NCBI GenBank assembly: GCA_964016885.1
Contig: OZ024741.1
Location: 215,636,001-215,700,000, forward strand
DNA from: Eledone cirrhosa
Lineage: Eukaryota
Direction: 5' to 3'
DNA: 64,000 nucleotides
Position numbers and translations under genes: made by a program. Below the pieces are notes generated by a model. The model worked only from the letters and a program-made list of their open reading frames with translations. It was not told the origin of the DNA and did no database searches. This document shows, piece after piece, positions 1 to 14,244 of this stretch (position 1 is the stretch's first letter; each line of letters opens with the position of its first letter).

Positions 1-620
1 TTAAATAGAAAAAAACTAAGTCAGAATCAAATCTCTGGATTAGAGTTTTAAATTACCAACCTTATAACTATATTCTGCTGATACGAATCTCGCTTCGTTT
101 CACCACTTATATGTGAAGTATATCAGGTCACAGGATCCTCAGTCAGCAAATGCGAACACTGAACATCACACATCTAACCTCATGGATAGAGAGATAGCTA
201 ATACAACGCTGCCCAGAGTAGGGCGAAATCACGTGTTATTTGCATCAAATAACGGCCCAGTGGATTGGGGAAGACGCTAGAAAGGGCAGCCCAACCATTC
301 GAATTTATTAGCTCAACAATTTGGAGCTCATTAAGTATACAAAGATCGGAATGAAGAGTATTCCGCAGTTCACTGTAATAATAATAATATTATTAGCTCA
401 AAGAAGAATAGAGAATTTCCTTCTGAGCTCAAATGCAAATATATATTACACAAAGAGAAGTGTGTTACACAGTGAGATGTGTGTAAAGAATTATTACAAG
501 TGAGTTTACCGTTACTGTATAGAGAACAATATCTACAGGTTTAGCAATTAAATAGAAAAAAACTAAGTCAGAATCAAATCTAATCCAGAGATTTGATTCT
601 GACTTAGTTTTTTTAATATA
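1..620. mobile_element. PLE-like tail fragment with direct repeat and fold-back end
   Basis: 1-34 (ttaaatagaaaaaaactaagtcagaatcaaatct) recurs at about 549-582 and is followed immediately by an inverted copy of about 8-42 at about 581-615. Confidence 0.4.
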
Positions 621-639
621 CATATGGAAAGTATATACT

Positions 640-920
640 TTCAAACGTTCAATCATCTGACAGGAAGGTATACGGTGCTGACAATAGCTAATAAGCTTGA
701 AAGTATTTCATCGTTCCTTTGTCAGTGTTGAACAAAATGGCAACGATGGTTGCCGAACACTGTACGGCTTAATTCGGGCTGTTTGTTTACAAACAAACCG
801 AAAATTATAATAAATGTTTGGTAAACCCATACGTACATATATATATGTGTGTGCATGTATGTATATATATACATACTACTGTACGTCTGTATACATATAT
901 GTATGTACGTATACATACTG
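640..920 (+). mobile_element. Dispersed repeat (PLE-tail-like) with degenerate HHR
   Basis: 722-918 is homologous in inverted orientation to about 28720-28927. A degenerate motif ACGGTG-CTGACAA-TAGCT..AGCTT-GAAA-GTAT-TT-CATCGT lies at 672-714. Confidence 0.45.
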
Positions 921-1624
921 ATATTTATATATATATTTATATATATATATATATAGAATTCACAAGAATCAAAGCTATGTTCAAAGCATTTATTCACTTA
1001 CAATTGTTTCATCCAACCCTAGGCTTGGCGTCTTCGGAGAATTTTTCAATGTTTGTACACATGATTGACCTGCTTTCCAACGCAAGAGACATACAGATAC
1101 ATATGTATATATCGATGTACAGTGGAGTGACATATATTATATTATATTTCTGTATAGCAATACAAATTCAAAATCAAAATCACATTAAAACAAAATCACA
1201 GCAAAATAAAAATACAATCGGCAGTTAACATAGATAATGCAAGAGGATAGTTTGTTAGTCAGATGTAGTAGTTATTTTAATTATTTTATGCGTTAGTTAC
1301 ACGTGGGGCATGCACGTGTGTCTCATTTATATATGATTATTGTGCGGCAGGGTGTTACATGTAATAGAAGCACTTAAAGCGGGTAGGTAAGAGTATTATG
1401 GAGGTTGTAGTGGTAAGGTATTTTGTTGTATATGATACAGAATTATGCGTGCAGAAAAGTAGTATAAAGGAGAAGCAAAAGAAAGTTATGGTTTTTGTAT
1501 CCACAACCATTTTCACTTTCAAGAAACGTAATATATAGTTTATACATCCTTCACATAATTAACGATGATTTCGCATTGGATGTTTGATGCATTAAATTAA
1601 ATTATTTTAGCTTGCTGCGGCTCA

Positions 1625-1770
1625 TTATTCAAAATATTAACAAATGAAGATATTCACATAATCAAAATATATGCTTTATTATATATATTTCGAAGGTACT
1701 GTGTTGTTTTTTTCAGTACGTCCTCGTCAGCATACCTTTGCGGTCTTGATAGTTCAATTCCTCTATTGGC
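1625..1770 (-). mobile_element. PLE-tail family A fragment with HHR core
   Basis: The minus strand reads CTGACGA-GGACGTACTG..CAGTACCTTC-GAAA-TATATA-TA at 1680-1730, but helix I does not pair. It is homologous to about 43560-43735. Confidence 0.65.
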
Positions 1771-1771
1771 A

Positions 1772-1802
<31 letters not shown>

Positions 1803-1839
1803 TGCTAATACTATCTGTCGGTCGCAAATCCAGGCGGAA

Positions 1840-1953
<114 letters not shown>

Positions 1954-2154
1954 GTATATGTATATATATGTATATATATATATATATACATATACACACA
2001 TATATATATATATAGGAGATTTCTTCATAGGAGCCTTTATTCTTATAGCTTGGTCTAATTGATTTTTTATATGGTTAATTGGGAGATGAAACGGTATATA
2101 TTTTATCTGGTGATTCTATAGACATGTTTTATGATATATATATATTTGTGTATA

Positions 2155-2396
2155 GTGGTAGCTATGGTGCTTCCGTAGGCGGTATGTCAAAATTAGCACT
2201 CGATATTCATCAGAGTAGAGTGTAGTTATTATCAAGAAAACGAAAAATTAGTGATGCATCTGGACTTAGTTTATTTCGTGATACAAATGGCAGAAGTAGA
2301 ATCAGCCAGATCCATACAAGGACCATGACTCGAGCTACATGCCGGCGAAACATTTGTAACACGAAATAAACTAAGTATTTCGTTTTCTTGATAATA
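2155..2396. mobile_element. Fold-back PLE-tail insert (same family as 16070-16940)
   Basis: Inverted arms at about 2228-2289 and 2351-2396. It shares gctatggtgcttcc..ggcggtatg and cgagct..gccggcgaaa with the copy at 16 kb. Confidence 0.55.
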
Positions 2397-2402
2397 TATA
2401 TA

Positions 2403-2552
<150 letters not shown>

Positions 2553-2803
2553 GATATATATGTATGTATGTAAAAGGTAAACAGAAATAACAACACAATC
2601 GGTACAGTATATGGATGGGATATATTAGGTTAACGCTTGATATAGCAGGAAGAGGGTCTTAACGTTTCGGACGCGAGTCCTTCCGGAGAAGAAAGAATGT
2701 GAAATAAGATAGATTGAGGGGACGGGTGGGTTGGCATTGGAAAAAATGTCTTTAGATAAAAATAACAGGTTCATTCATGTTGACATGGTATATATATATA
2801 TAT

Positions 2804-2920
2804 GAGTTCAAATCCCGCCAAGGTTAACTTTGCCTTTCATCCTTACGAGGTCGATAAAATAAAGTACCAGTAATGCACTGGGTAATTTGCTGGCCTTGTG
2901 TCAAAAGTAGAAACAATTAT
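2804..2920 (+). mobile_element. tRNA-derived SINE, 5'-truncated
   Basis: B-box-like gagttcaaatcc plus core gcctttcatcc..gtcgataaaataaagtaccag and tail ggccttgtg..agaaacaattat. More than 10 copies occur in the window. Confidence 0.75.
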
Positions 2921-2931
2921 ATATATATATA

Positions 2932-3231
2932 TATTATTCCAAATATTAATAAATGAAAAATATTCTCATAATCAATATATATATTTTATTATACATATTT
3001 CAACGGTACGATGGTGTTTAAGTACGTTTTCATCAAATGAAAACGTACTTGAACACCATTGTACCTTTGAAATATGTATAATAAAATATATATTTTGATT
3101 ATGAAAATATTTTCCATTTATTAATATTTGGAATAATATTTAATACTCCAGGAAAATTCACAGTCGAGTGCTTCTAATCTATTGTAAAATTGTATTCGTT
3201 GAATAATCAACAAACCATATAAATCTTTGGT

Positions 3232-3233
<2 letters not shown>
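2932..3233. mobile_element. Fold-back PLE-tail family A insert
   Basis: Near-perfect palindrome 2932-3138 centred at about 3035, with the tail continuing to 3233 and (TA)n on both sides. Both arms carry the HHR 3' half GTACC..GAAATATGTATAATAAAATA. Confidence 0.7.
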
Positions 3234-3262
<29 letters not shown>

Positions 3263-3389
3263 GAAAAAACGAGGAAGTTTCGTTTACATATGAACAATAT
3301 TTATTGCGTATCGACCTATTATATACACTCTGGCTTTGCATAGAGTGCATGATTTGGTACCAACACCAGTATTTCACCGTACTGCCTAC

Positions 3390-3521
<132 letters not shown>

Positions 3522-3744
3522 GATAGAGAGAGAGAGAGATAACATACGTATATCTGGTGTATTTCTTCTCAGTTAACAGTCAGCCGTTCTGCACATGCGC
3601 AGTAACATCACGATGCTGCTTCTTTCCAAAAGCATTTCTTTCTTGTCTTTTGTTTGTGTTCTTATATATTATTATTACTTTTTTTAACTTTTTTTTTTAT
3701 TTTACTTTCTGTGTGTTATTTCCTTTTACTTTCTCTATATTCTT

Positions 3745-4170
3745 GTTGTCATTGTTGTTGTCGTCGTCGCCGCCTTTATTGATGTTGATGTTTCGCTGTT
3801 GTTTTTATTGCTGTTTTTATTGGTTTTTATTGCTGTTTTTATTGCTGTTTTTGTTGTTGTTGACACCGTCGTCGTCTTTGTTGTTGTTGTTGTTGCTGTT
3901 TCTGTTGTTTTTGTTGATGTTGTTGTAGTTGTTGTCATTGTGGTTGTTGTTGTAGTGGTTGTTGTGGTTGTCATCGTCGTTGTCTTTGTTGTTATTGTAA
4001 TTGTTGTTGTTGTTATTGGTGTTGTTGCTGTTGTTGTTGTTCTTGTCGTCTTTCATGTTGTTGTTGTTGTTGTTGTTGTTGTAGCAGTTGGTGTTGTTTT
4101 TGTTGTTGTTGTTTTCGTAGTCGTTGTCTTTGTTACTGTTGTTATTGCTGTTGTTGTTGTTCTTGTTGTT
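3745..4170. repeat. Degenerate (TTG)n microsatellite
   Basis: Direct inspection. Confidence 0.9.
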
Positions 4171-4532
4171 TCTGTCATGCAGAGAGTTTGGATAATGGTA
4201 CAGAGGTCTTTATATGTTTCCAGTGACTTTTATTCACTTGACAGCAGCGACATCTATACATATCTGTCTTAATGTTAAACTTTCCTACATAACACAAAAT
4301 CTGATCTTTTTCAAATGCCAACAAGATGGCGTAGTTTTTTGTTGTTGTTGCTGTTGTTGTTGTTTGTTGGCTTTTTTTCTTTTTCTTTTTCTTTTGTTTG
4401 TAAAGTGCAAATAGACAGAGCACGTGACCTTTATATATAAACTACTACTACCATAATAATTGCTTGAGAACTATATACGTGTACGTGCCTAAACATATAA
4501 ACATACATATATAAATATAAATATATATGTAT

Positions 4533-4577
<45 letters not shown>

Positions 4578-4581
4578 TATG

Positions 4582-4700
<119 letters not shown>

Positions 4701-5041
4701 GTATATATACATACACACACACATGCACGCACGCACACACGAAGACACACACACACACATATATATATATATTTATTTATATATATAAATGTATGTATAT
4801 ATATATACATTCATATATATATTAATTCCACCTAGTTGAAAACAACTTGCGTAGATATTTATTTATGTATGTGTGTGCGAGTGTGTGAGTGTGTATACGG
4901 GCGTGTGTGTGAGTGTGTGTGTGTGCGTGCGTGTGTAACCTCTATGCGTATGAAACCAACGCACAGTTACAAGCACGTATATAGTTGAATTCTCACACAC
5001 TAGCACACGCATATTTACACTCACATTATAAACACACATGA

Positions 5042-5075
<34 letters not shown>

Positions 5076-5634
5076 TTATATATATGTATATAGGTATATA
5101 TATATATATAAATATATATATACACACATACATACATGCCATCGTATATAAAGGTAAATAACAAACGTTCAAAGAAATAATTCCCGAAGGTATTTTGTTT
5201 ATTCTCGATCCCGAAGTGTTCTTTGAAACACTTCTTCCACATATGTTAATAAATGGTATTAATAATTAAGATATCTCAGGAAATTCAGTTGGGACATTTA
5301 TTGGATAAAACCTTATATTTATATTCCCTCTGAAGGATACTATAGGATTTGAACCAACGAACGTATTATATATATATATATATATCTTATGATATATCAG
5401 CGTTCGATATCACACATAGATGGAATTAAGATCACAGATATAATATATATTTAAACTAGTTCAAGTTATCATGTTATTTATTCGTTCTCTTACTTGTTTC
5501 AGGGTCTATAATACGGCTATGCTGGAGCACCTCCTTAGAAATGAGATTTTAGCAATCATATCAATCCAAATGTTTTTTTGTTTGTGTGTGTGCTGGTGTT
5601 TTTTTTTGGGGGGGGGGGGGATTAAGCTGATTAC

Positions 5635-6143
5635 ATATTGACCGAAAAAAAACGATCGCGAATACAAGCCGCCGAAATGGGATTCCTCCGAAGGGTCTTT
5701 GGAGTAACGTTACTCGATAAAATGTGTAGCTCAGAGTTCAGAGAGTCACTCCAGGTAGAGCCACTACTTCTCCCAATTGAGAGATCACAGCTCCGATACT
5801 ATGGACATGTGGTTAGAATGTCATAGGAAAGAATGACTGGAGAGATTTTGCGGACAAAAACCGACAGGTAGGAGACCAGGCAAGATGGTTGGATAACATC
5901 CCCGAGCTTGGCTGGTCACGGTTTGGGATCCAGCCGGATCAGTGGGAGACGGTTTCTTTGGAAAGGATCTGCTGGAAGGAGTGTTTGAGGACTCTGGCCC
6001 CACGATCCTCTCAGGAATAACTGGGTGAAGAAGAAGAAGAAGAAGAAGAAGAAGAAGAAGAAGAAGAAGAAGAAGAAGAAGAAGAAGAAGAAGAAGAAGA
6101 AGAAGAAGAAGAAGAAGAAGAAGAAGAAGAAGAAGAAGAAGAA
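5635..6143 (+). mobile_element. RTE-clade LINE 3' fragment with (GAA)n tail
   Basis: Translates to RSRIQAAEMGFLRRVFGVTLLDK..IERSQLRYYGHVVRM, a typical RTE C-terminus, with later stops. (GAA)n runs from 6028 to 6143. Confidence 0.85.
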
Positions 6144-6199
6144 GGTTACTTATTTCATCGATCTATTATTGAACTACTAATATTACGGAACATAACATG

Positions 6200-6657
6200 A
6201 GGATGGTGGATTGATAGAATCATTAGAGCGTCGGACAAAATGATATAAGGCATTTTTCCTGCAGCTCTTTATGCTTTGAGTTCAAATCTCGCCAAATCTT
6301 GTCGAATATATCTTTCATCATTTCAGGGGTCTATAAAATAAAGCAACAGTCAGACACTGGGTTAAACAACTTTGACCTTACCACAAATTTGCTGACCTTG
6401 TGCCTATATCATATATCAATATTATAGGACAGTAGGGCGGTGGTTTGGCAGTATCGGTAGAGGGTCGGACGCCATGCTTTGCAACATAGAGTTACGACCC
6501 TTTATGATCTGAGTTCAAATCCCGCCGAGGTTAACTTTGGCTTTCATCCTTACGGGGTCGATAAAATAAAGTACCAGTCATGCACTGGGGTCGATTTAAT
6601 TGACTTTACCTTCCCCAAAAATTACTGGCCTTGTGCCTATGTAAGAAACCATTATTA
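6200..6657 (+). mobile_element. Two adjacent full-length tRNA-derived SINEs (about 6200-6425 and 6435-6657)
   Basis: A-box-like head (tggcagtatcggtag), gagttcaaatc B box, the shared core, and an attatta tail. Confidence 0.75.
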
Positions 6658-7666
6658 CAGGACAGTAACATAGGCAAAAGCACAAATGTGAAGAGCGATA
6701 CGGAGAAGTATAAACTTATTTCATTTGTACTTTGTTAATTATTACACTTTGTCGTTGATAGACTGCGTACCAAAGCAGGACCTATGTCATCCATCTTGGA
6801 TATAAGCTTTGGTTTGTGGTGTGTACATTAGCGGTGTTTTTCTTTCTTTCCAATGACCAAATGTGATCGCTGTGATTATTATAAGTATGATTGTATACTA
6901 GTGTTGTTTCTGTTGATCAAATGGGACAACTGTGATTGCTCTTGGTACGTTTGTACACTATTGTTTTGATTTAGCTATCTTCCTACATTGATTTAGCTAT
7001 CTTCCTACATTGTTGTTGCTGTTAATGTTGACCAAATGTAGCAACTGTTTCTACACAATTGTTGTTATGGTTTATGTTTCGTACGACCAAGTATGGCAAC
7101 TCTCATTACTCTATAACTGTAAACTAGTATTGTTGTTGTTACTGTTAATGAAATGTGATACTTGTTATTGCTCTATGCCTGTAAATCATTGTTGCTCTTT
7201 CCTTCTCTTAACTCAATTTGGTACCAGTGATATCCCATGTCACACTCTGTCACCACGACGCCTCTATGACACGACCAGGAGTTTCAGGACCATACATACA
7301 TGCATACATGATGATGGCTGCCCCCTGGTTATCGAGTATGGCCATTGCACGTTATACCATTATTAATGATTATCAATTAATTCTATCGTGCAATGCCTGG
7401 GAGTGAATTTTTTTTAAAAAGCAAAGACTGTGCACTGAGCCAATCCCACTCTCTGAACGGCAGTAGCTATAACCCGAAAAGAAGAAATGATCAGCATCAT
7501 CGGTAACTCCGCGGGTTTTATGGCGGAGCTATCCCAGTTTCCTAAGTTGCCTTCTCCTAGAAGAATGCCCTGATAAAGGCTAGGAGTCTTTCACTCCCAG
7601 TGGTTTAACCGCGCGATCAGGTATTCAGCCCGACTATTTCTATGTCCCCGCGCATATACATACACA

Positions 7667-7743
<77 letters not shown>

Positions 7744-7826
7744 GTAAGTATATACATACATACGCAGGTATACATCTATATACATATATACATATATACA
7801 AATATGTATATACATGTATGCATGTG

Positions 7827-7923
<97 letters not shown>

Positions 7924-8229
7924 TATATATATATACATACACATGCATACATCTATATACATATTTACACATTTTGAATGGCCGTTGACCCTATGTATTC
8001 TTCCGCCCTTTGTCGGCTTATGTTTTTTGTCCTGGAGGGTGTCCAAAATCACCCTCCTCACCATGGAAACTTGGTGGTGTTGCCGGTTTAGTCACCGACG
8101 ACCCGACCATGCGCCAAGTTGTACTGGGTTACATGTTACCAGTAGTACTCAAGAGTGTCCCGACATGCATACACAACACAAATACATACATACACAATAC
8201 ATACATACACAAATACATACATACATACA

Positions 8230-8370
8230 CAAAAACATACATACATACACAAATACATACATACATACATACATACATACATACATACATACATACATAC
8301 ATACATACATACATACATACATACATACATGATGGCTGCCCCCTCGTTATCGAGTATGGCCATTGCACGA
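8230..8370 (-). mobile_element. Very short RTE-type 3' end with (ATGT)n tail (second copy at about 7291-7351)
   Basis: The minus strand reads cgtgcaatggccatactcgataacgagggggcagccatc followed by (atgt)n. It resembles the RTE end at 29980-30013. Confidence 0.55.
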
Positions 8371-8643
8371 GGAGAAAAAAAAGAATTAATAAATAAAAAA
8401 TTAAAAAAAGAAATATATATATATATATACACACATACATACACATATATACACACACATACATACACACACACACATATAGATTAATAACAATAATAAT
8501 AATAATAATAACAACAATAATAATAACGACAACAATAATAATATACATATACATATATATATATACACATACACGCACACACATAAACATATCTATACAC
8601 ACACACCATAGCAACTAACAGCGCTGCGATCGAATGTGGCTTT

Positions 8644-9219
8644 TTAGCCCACCCAATGATCTAAAATGTCTTGCACAGAGTCGGCAACCAAAACATTCAC
8701 TGGGAATAGTCGGCTGGGAATAGTCGGCTGTACTTTTGCATGTCGCTTGAGCCCTCCTGCTGATTTACATTCTCTACCACATGTTTGGCAAGCACGATGA
8801 GTAGCATCTCCAACAGCAGCCTGGTAGTCAACCACTGGTCTTACTTTATGACTGCGAAGATGACTTTCGAGTCCAGCTTTGCTTAGGCAGAGTCTCGCAC
8901 ATACGCTGCATGTCAGCACCATAGGAGGACCCTCGCCGTCTGGAAGTGCAACAGCAATGCCCTTCCTCACATCCCGCTTTACTTTCACGTATGCGATTCG
9001 AGATGCCTCAAAGGCAACTTTTCCCTCATATACAGTCTTTCTCCATTTATTACGATCAGCAGCAATATTTTCCCATGTATCAGCAGAGATGTTAGCGTCT
9101 TTCAGAGAGGCTTTCAAGGAATCCTTATACCTCTTTTTTGTTTTATGTGGCGGTCGTTTTCCTTTAACCAACTCTCCATAAAAGAATTGTTTTGGTATTC
9201 TAGAATCCTTCATCCTAGA
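8644..9219 (-). mobile_element. RTE (BovB-like) LINE 3' fragment with C2H2-type zinc fingers
   Basis: SRMKDSRIPKQFFYGELVKGKRPPHKTKKRYKDSLK..WENIAADRNKWR, then CSVCARLCLSKAGLESHLRSH and CQTCGRECKSAGGLKRH. Confidence 0.85.
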
Positions 9220-9667
9220 TACATACATGCATACATACATACATACATAGTATGCTTTAGTCTCTCAAAACCTCCTTTTCAAAAACCACTTTACATTATG
9301 ACAAGTAAGTCAGCCGGAGTCCTGCATTAGAGACATCAGAGTATAACTAAGACAAGAAACGTTGAATGAATCTAATGAATTCGAAGATGAGCTGTTATAT
9401 ATTTATTAGTGTGTAGCTTATTAAATTTCAGCGCAAGCAATACTAGTTATATCATGACGTACATTTCTGTAATTTATTGAACATTTCATTATTACAGCGG
9501 ACATTTAACGGACTTAATTCTATTGATGTCGGAAACACAGTCAATTATTCTGTCACTTTGACATTTTACTTCCATGAATTTCTATTCAGCTTCAATGGAT
9601 AAACTATAGTCGGTTTTATACTGCGAACATTTTTCGGTTAATGATTAGACACATAACATAATGTTGT

Positions 9668-9792
9668 TGTGAAAGTGCGTGGCTTAGTGGTTAACAGTGT
9701 TCGGCTCCGGATCGTAAGGACGTCAGTTCGATTCAGGAAGTCGCGTCGTGTCTTTATGCAAGACACTTTTTTTCGCGTTTCTCCAGTCTACA
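9668..9792 (+). mobile_element. tRNA-derived SINE head (second family)
   Basis: A box tggcttagtgg, B box agttcgattc, then gtgtctttatgcaagacact. A related copy lies on the minus strand at about 61230-61470. Confidence 0.55.
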
Positions 9793-10091
9793 CATCTATT
9801 TACATCTCTCTCGCTCTCTCTTTCTCTCTCTCTATATATATTTATTAACATCTATTTACATCTCTCTCTCTCTAAATATATATATATATAGCTATTTAGA
9901 AAATGAACAACACAAAATATAACTACTCCATTACCAAAGGTTTCTGGATCCCAGACAATATTAATATACGTCTGGACGTATATTAATATTGTCTGGGAGT
10001 AGTTATATGTTGTGTTGTTCACTTTCAAGTTAAATAGCTCTGTTCTATACGTAGAGAACACTTTTTTCCTTTGCTTTCCTTCAGAATTACC

Positions 10092-10129
<38 letters not shown>

Positions 10130-10365
10130 GCGCGCGCACACACACACACACATACACACACACACACACACAGAGACACACACACACACATATATATATA
10201 TATATTAACATTTATCTACCAATCTATATATCCAGCTATCTGTTGCGTCAGGCAAATTATTCGAGCCATCTCCCCCATCTCTCTTCCTTTCTATTTATAA
10301 ATATATTAAAAATAGAAAGCTAGTCTTAATTATATATATATATACATATACGTATATATACATAT

Positions 10366-10692
<327 letters not shown>

Positions 10693-10848
10693 CATATATA
10701 TATATAATAGGATTGGCATTGTGGTTGCTAGTTAAGTTAGGCTTAAAAATGGAATGAGAATAAGATGAAAGCAAGAACGGGTGGGAGTGCGGGTTTCCTC
10801 ATAAGTTGTCTACTGGGGGTCTCGGATATGTCAACGATTTTAAAGACA

Positions 10849-10935
<87 letters not shown>

Positions 10936-10987
10936 TTGTTATTGCAGTTTTAAATATATATATACATGTGTGTGTGAGTGTATATAT

Positions 10988-11058
<71 letters not shown>

Positions 11059-11136
11059 TGAGAGACGTTGTTATTGCATTTTTAAAAATATATATATATA
11101 TATATATTTAAAAAAATGCAATAACAACGTCTCTCA

Positions 11137-11209
<73 letters not shown>

Positions 11210-11218
11210 TATATATAC

Positions 11219-11307
<89 letters not shown>

Positions 11308-11316
11308 TATATATAC

Positions 11317-11423
<107 letters not shown>

Positions 11424-11820
11424 CGTGTATAGTAATAATAATAAATTTGAAGACTAAAATCCAAAGAGCGCTCGATAAGTATAAATATATATCAAATATA
11501 TAAGAACCCTAGAGCAAATATTTATTGAAATAACAAATTGAACTGTAATCTGTTATTTTAATAAATATATATATACTGTGTATATATATATATGGAGAAT
11601 ATGATTGGCTGTGTAGTTGCTGATAAAAACCACAGACCCTCAATCTCAACTCTACTTGTGAAAAGCAGAAGGACTTCGAAACCGGTAAAGGAACCAAATA
11701 AATATATATATATTTTTTTAAATAAGACTCCAGTTGCATTTTCGATTTCATCTTTTTTTCTTTATACTTTCACTCGTGTAGGACACCTCGGTTATTTTTC
11801 ATTTTGTAAAAAAACCTCAC

Positions 11821-11897
<77 letters not shown>

Positions 11898-12102
11898 ATA
11901 TATTTATTTATTTAGGTTTGTTGGTTCACCACTGGATAGAACTGGTCATTCCGTATAGTCAACCTTGATGTAATATTACGGAGATCACTCGACGTAATGA
12001 AACTCACCCGTCTTCGTTTGTGTTGTTGGTGGTACGAGTACAGAGTTAATTATTATAAAACAACAGGAGGCTGGACTGGTGTAATTGCTTAAAAGATTCA
12101 TT

Positions 12103-12160
12103 ATACTATGATCATTTCAGTGACCCGGTTCAGTATGAATCCGGTGACATCATCAGGTAT
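12103..12160 (-). ncRNA. Type I hammerhead ribozyme
   Basis: ATAC-CTGATGA-(stem II CCGG-TTCA/TGAA-CCGG)-GAAA-TGATCA-TA-GTAT. Helix I is ATAC/GTAT and helix III is palindromic. Confidence 0.75.
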
Positions 12161-12266
12161 TCGAAATTCAACAAAGGAATATAATAGACAAAATCCATGG
12201 GGCTGAAAAGGAGAGACAAGTGGGCGGCCGAAGATTTAGCAGCTTCTAGCCCGGTCAGCCGCCCTC

Positions 12267-12325
<59 letters not shown>

Positions 12326-12554
12326 AGAAGTTGAAACTTTTTACATTTCGTTTTCATTGTTCTTTTCACTCGTTTCTTTTTAGTGGTCACAGTCGAATGG
12401 TGGCGAATCGTTTAGAATTCTGTCGCAATTATATCCTAGAAGGAAACAAAGAGTTTAGTGACGAGGAAAAACATATTAAAAGGACCAGACAATACTGGAA
12501 ATATTTGGCCAAAATAATAATAAATATTCAGATATTTCTATCACTGTTATTGTT

Positions 12555-12585
<31 letters not shown>

Positions 12586-12629
12586 CGTCGTTCTCAAATG
12601 AAGGGTGTTGTGTATGTTTGTATGTATAA

Positions 12630-12679
<50 letters not shown>

Positions 12680-12732
12680 ATGTATAAGTATATATATATA
12701 TATATGTATTTATTTATGTATGTATATATGTG

Positions 12733-12802
<70 letters not shown>

Positions 12803-13254
12803 TATATATATATATATATTAATATACACACATACGTATTCTACATACATATATTTACATATATACAAACATAAAAATACACACATGTACGCACAGTCAC
12901 ACACACACTCACACACACACAAACACACACACACCCCCCACACACACCCCCACACACACATACACACACATATATATATATGTATGTATGTTTGTATGTA
13001 TGATCATAAAATATAAAACCTTTATATTTTGGAAAGGTTGATGCCAAAGCTGATAGTTAATCAAGAATGCCAGGCACACAAACACACACACACATAAACA
13101 CACTCAAAAACAAACACAAAAACACACACGCAAACACACAGACAAACACACAGACAAACACACACACAAACACACACACACACACAAACACCAACACAAA
13201 TACTCACACACAAGCATACACATTCGTACAGATGTGTGTTTGTGTGTGTGTGTT

Positions 13255-13312
<58 letters not shown>

Positions 13313-13611
13313 TAGAGAGAGAGAGAAAGAGAGAGAGAGAGAGGGGAGAGAGAGAAAGAGAGAGAGAGAGGGAGGGAGAGAGAAAATATGAGAGAGATGT
13401 ATATAGAAGGATAGAAAATGATAAAAATGAGTGATTGAAATAATTTATAATAAAATATATATAAAGATATGTGGTTGGTAAAATGTATTAAAGAAATAAA
13501 TACAATAAAATCGAAATGACAAATGTCTTCGATGAATTACTATTCATCGAAGAAATCGATACCATCTAATACAATAAACTTAGAGAAGAAAAAGAGAAAC
13601 AAATCATCGAA

Positions 13612-14240
13612 ATAATAATTGTTTCTACATTTGGCACAAGACCTGTAAATACCCAGTGTATTACAGGTACTTTATATTATCGACCCCGTAAGGATGAAAA
13701 GCAGAGTGAACCTCGACGGGATTTGAACTCAGAATGGAAAGGGCCGTAACTCTATGCGTCAAAGCATGGCGTCTGACCCTCTCCCGATGCTGCCAATCCA
13801 CCGCCATATCATCGAAATAATAATAATAATTGTTTCTATTTTAGACACAAGGCCTGCAATTACTCCAGTACATTTCTGGTACTTTATTTTATCCACCGCG
13901 ATTTCTACTATACGCACAAGGCTAGCAATTTTTGTGGAAGGGGAAAGTCGATTAAATCGACTCCAGTATATTACTGGTACTTTGTGTTATCGACCCTGTA
14001 AGGATGAAAGGTAAAGCTAACTTCGGTGGGATTTGAACTTAGAACGTAAAGGGCTATAACTCTATACCACGAAGCAGGGTGTAATATTTTCTACTATAGG
14101 CTCAAGGTCAGCAATCCTGGAAGAATGGAAATTTGATTAAATCGACCGCAGTGCATTACTGGTGCTTTAATATTTCGACTCCGTAAGGATGAGAGGCAAA
14201 GCTTATCTCGGTATAAACGTAAAAGGCTATAACTCTATGC
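13612..14240 (-). mobile_element. Cluster of four tRNA-derived SINE copies or fragments
   Basis: Repeated reverse-complement core (gtactttattttatcgacccc..ggatgaaag..gatttgaactc) starting at about 13612, 13830, 13900 and 14085. Confidence 0.75.
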
Positions 14241-14244
14241 CCCC

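Noticed and set aside
4165-4272. Possible small host exon after the (TTG)n tract (acceptor-like tgcag and ttccag)
   Set aside because: Too short, with no partner exons or recognisable peptide.
9668-9745. tRNA gene
   Set aside because: It has A and B boxes but no clean cloverleaf, and it continues into SINE body sequence.
11655-11690. HHR-like CTT-GTGAAAA..GAAG-GA-CTTC-GAAA-CCGG-TA-AAG (similar relics at about 2655-2690, 28391-28440, 46655-46765 and 53845-53865)
   Set aside because: Core nucleotides are mutated or missing; these are probably decayed ribozymes and were not called as features.
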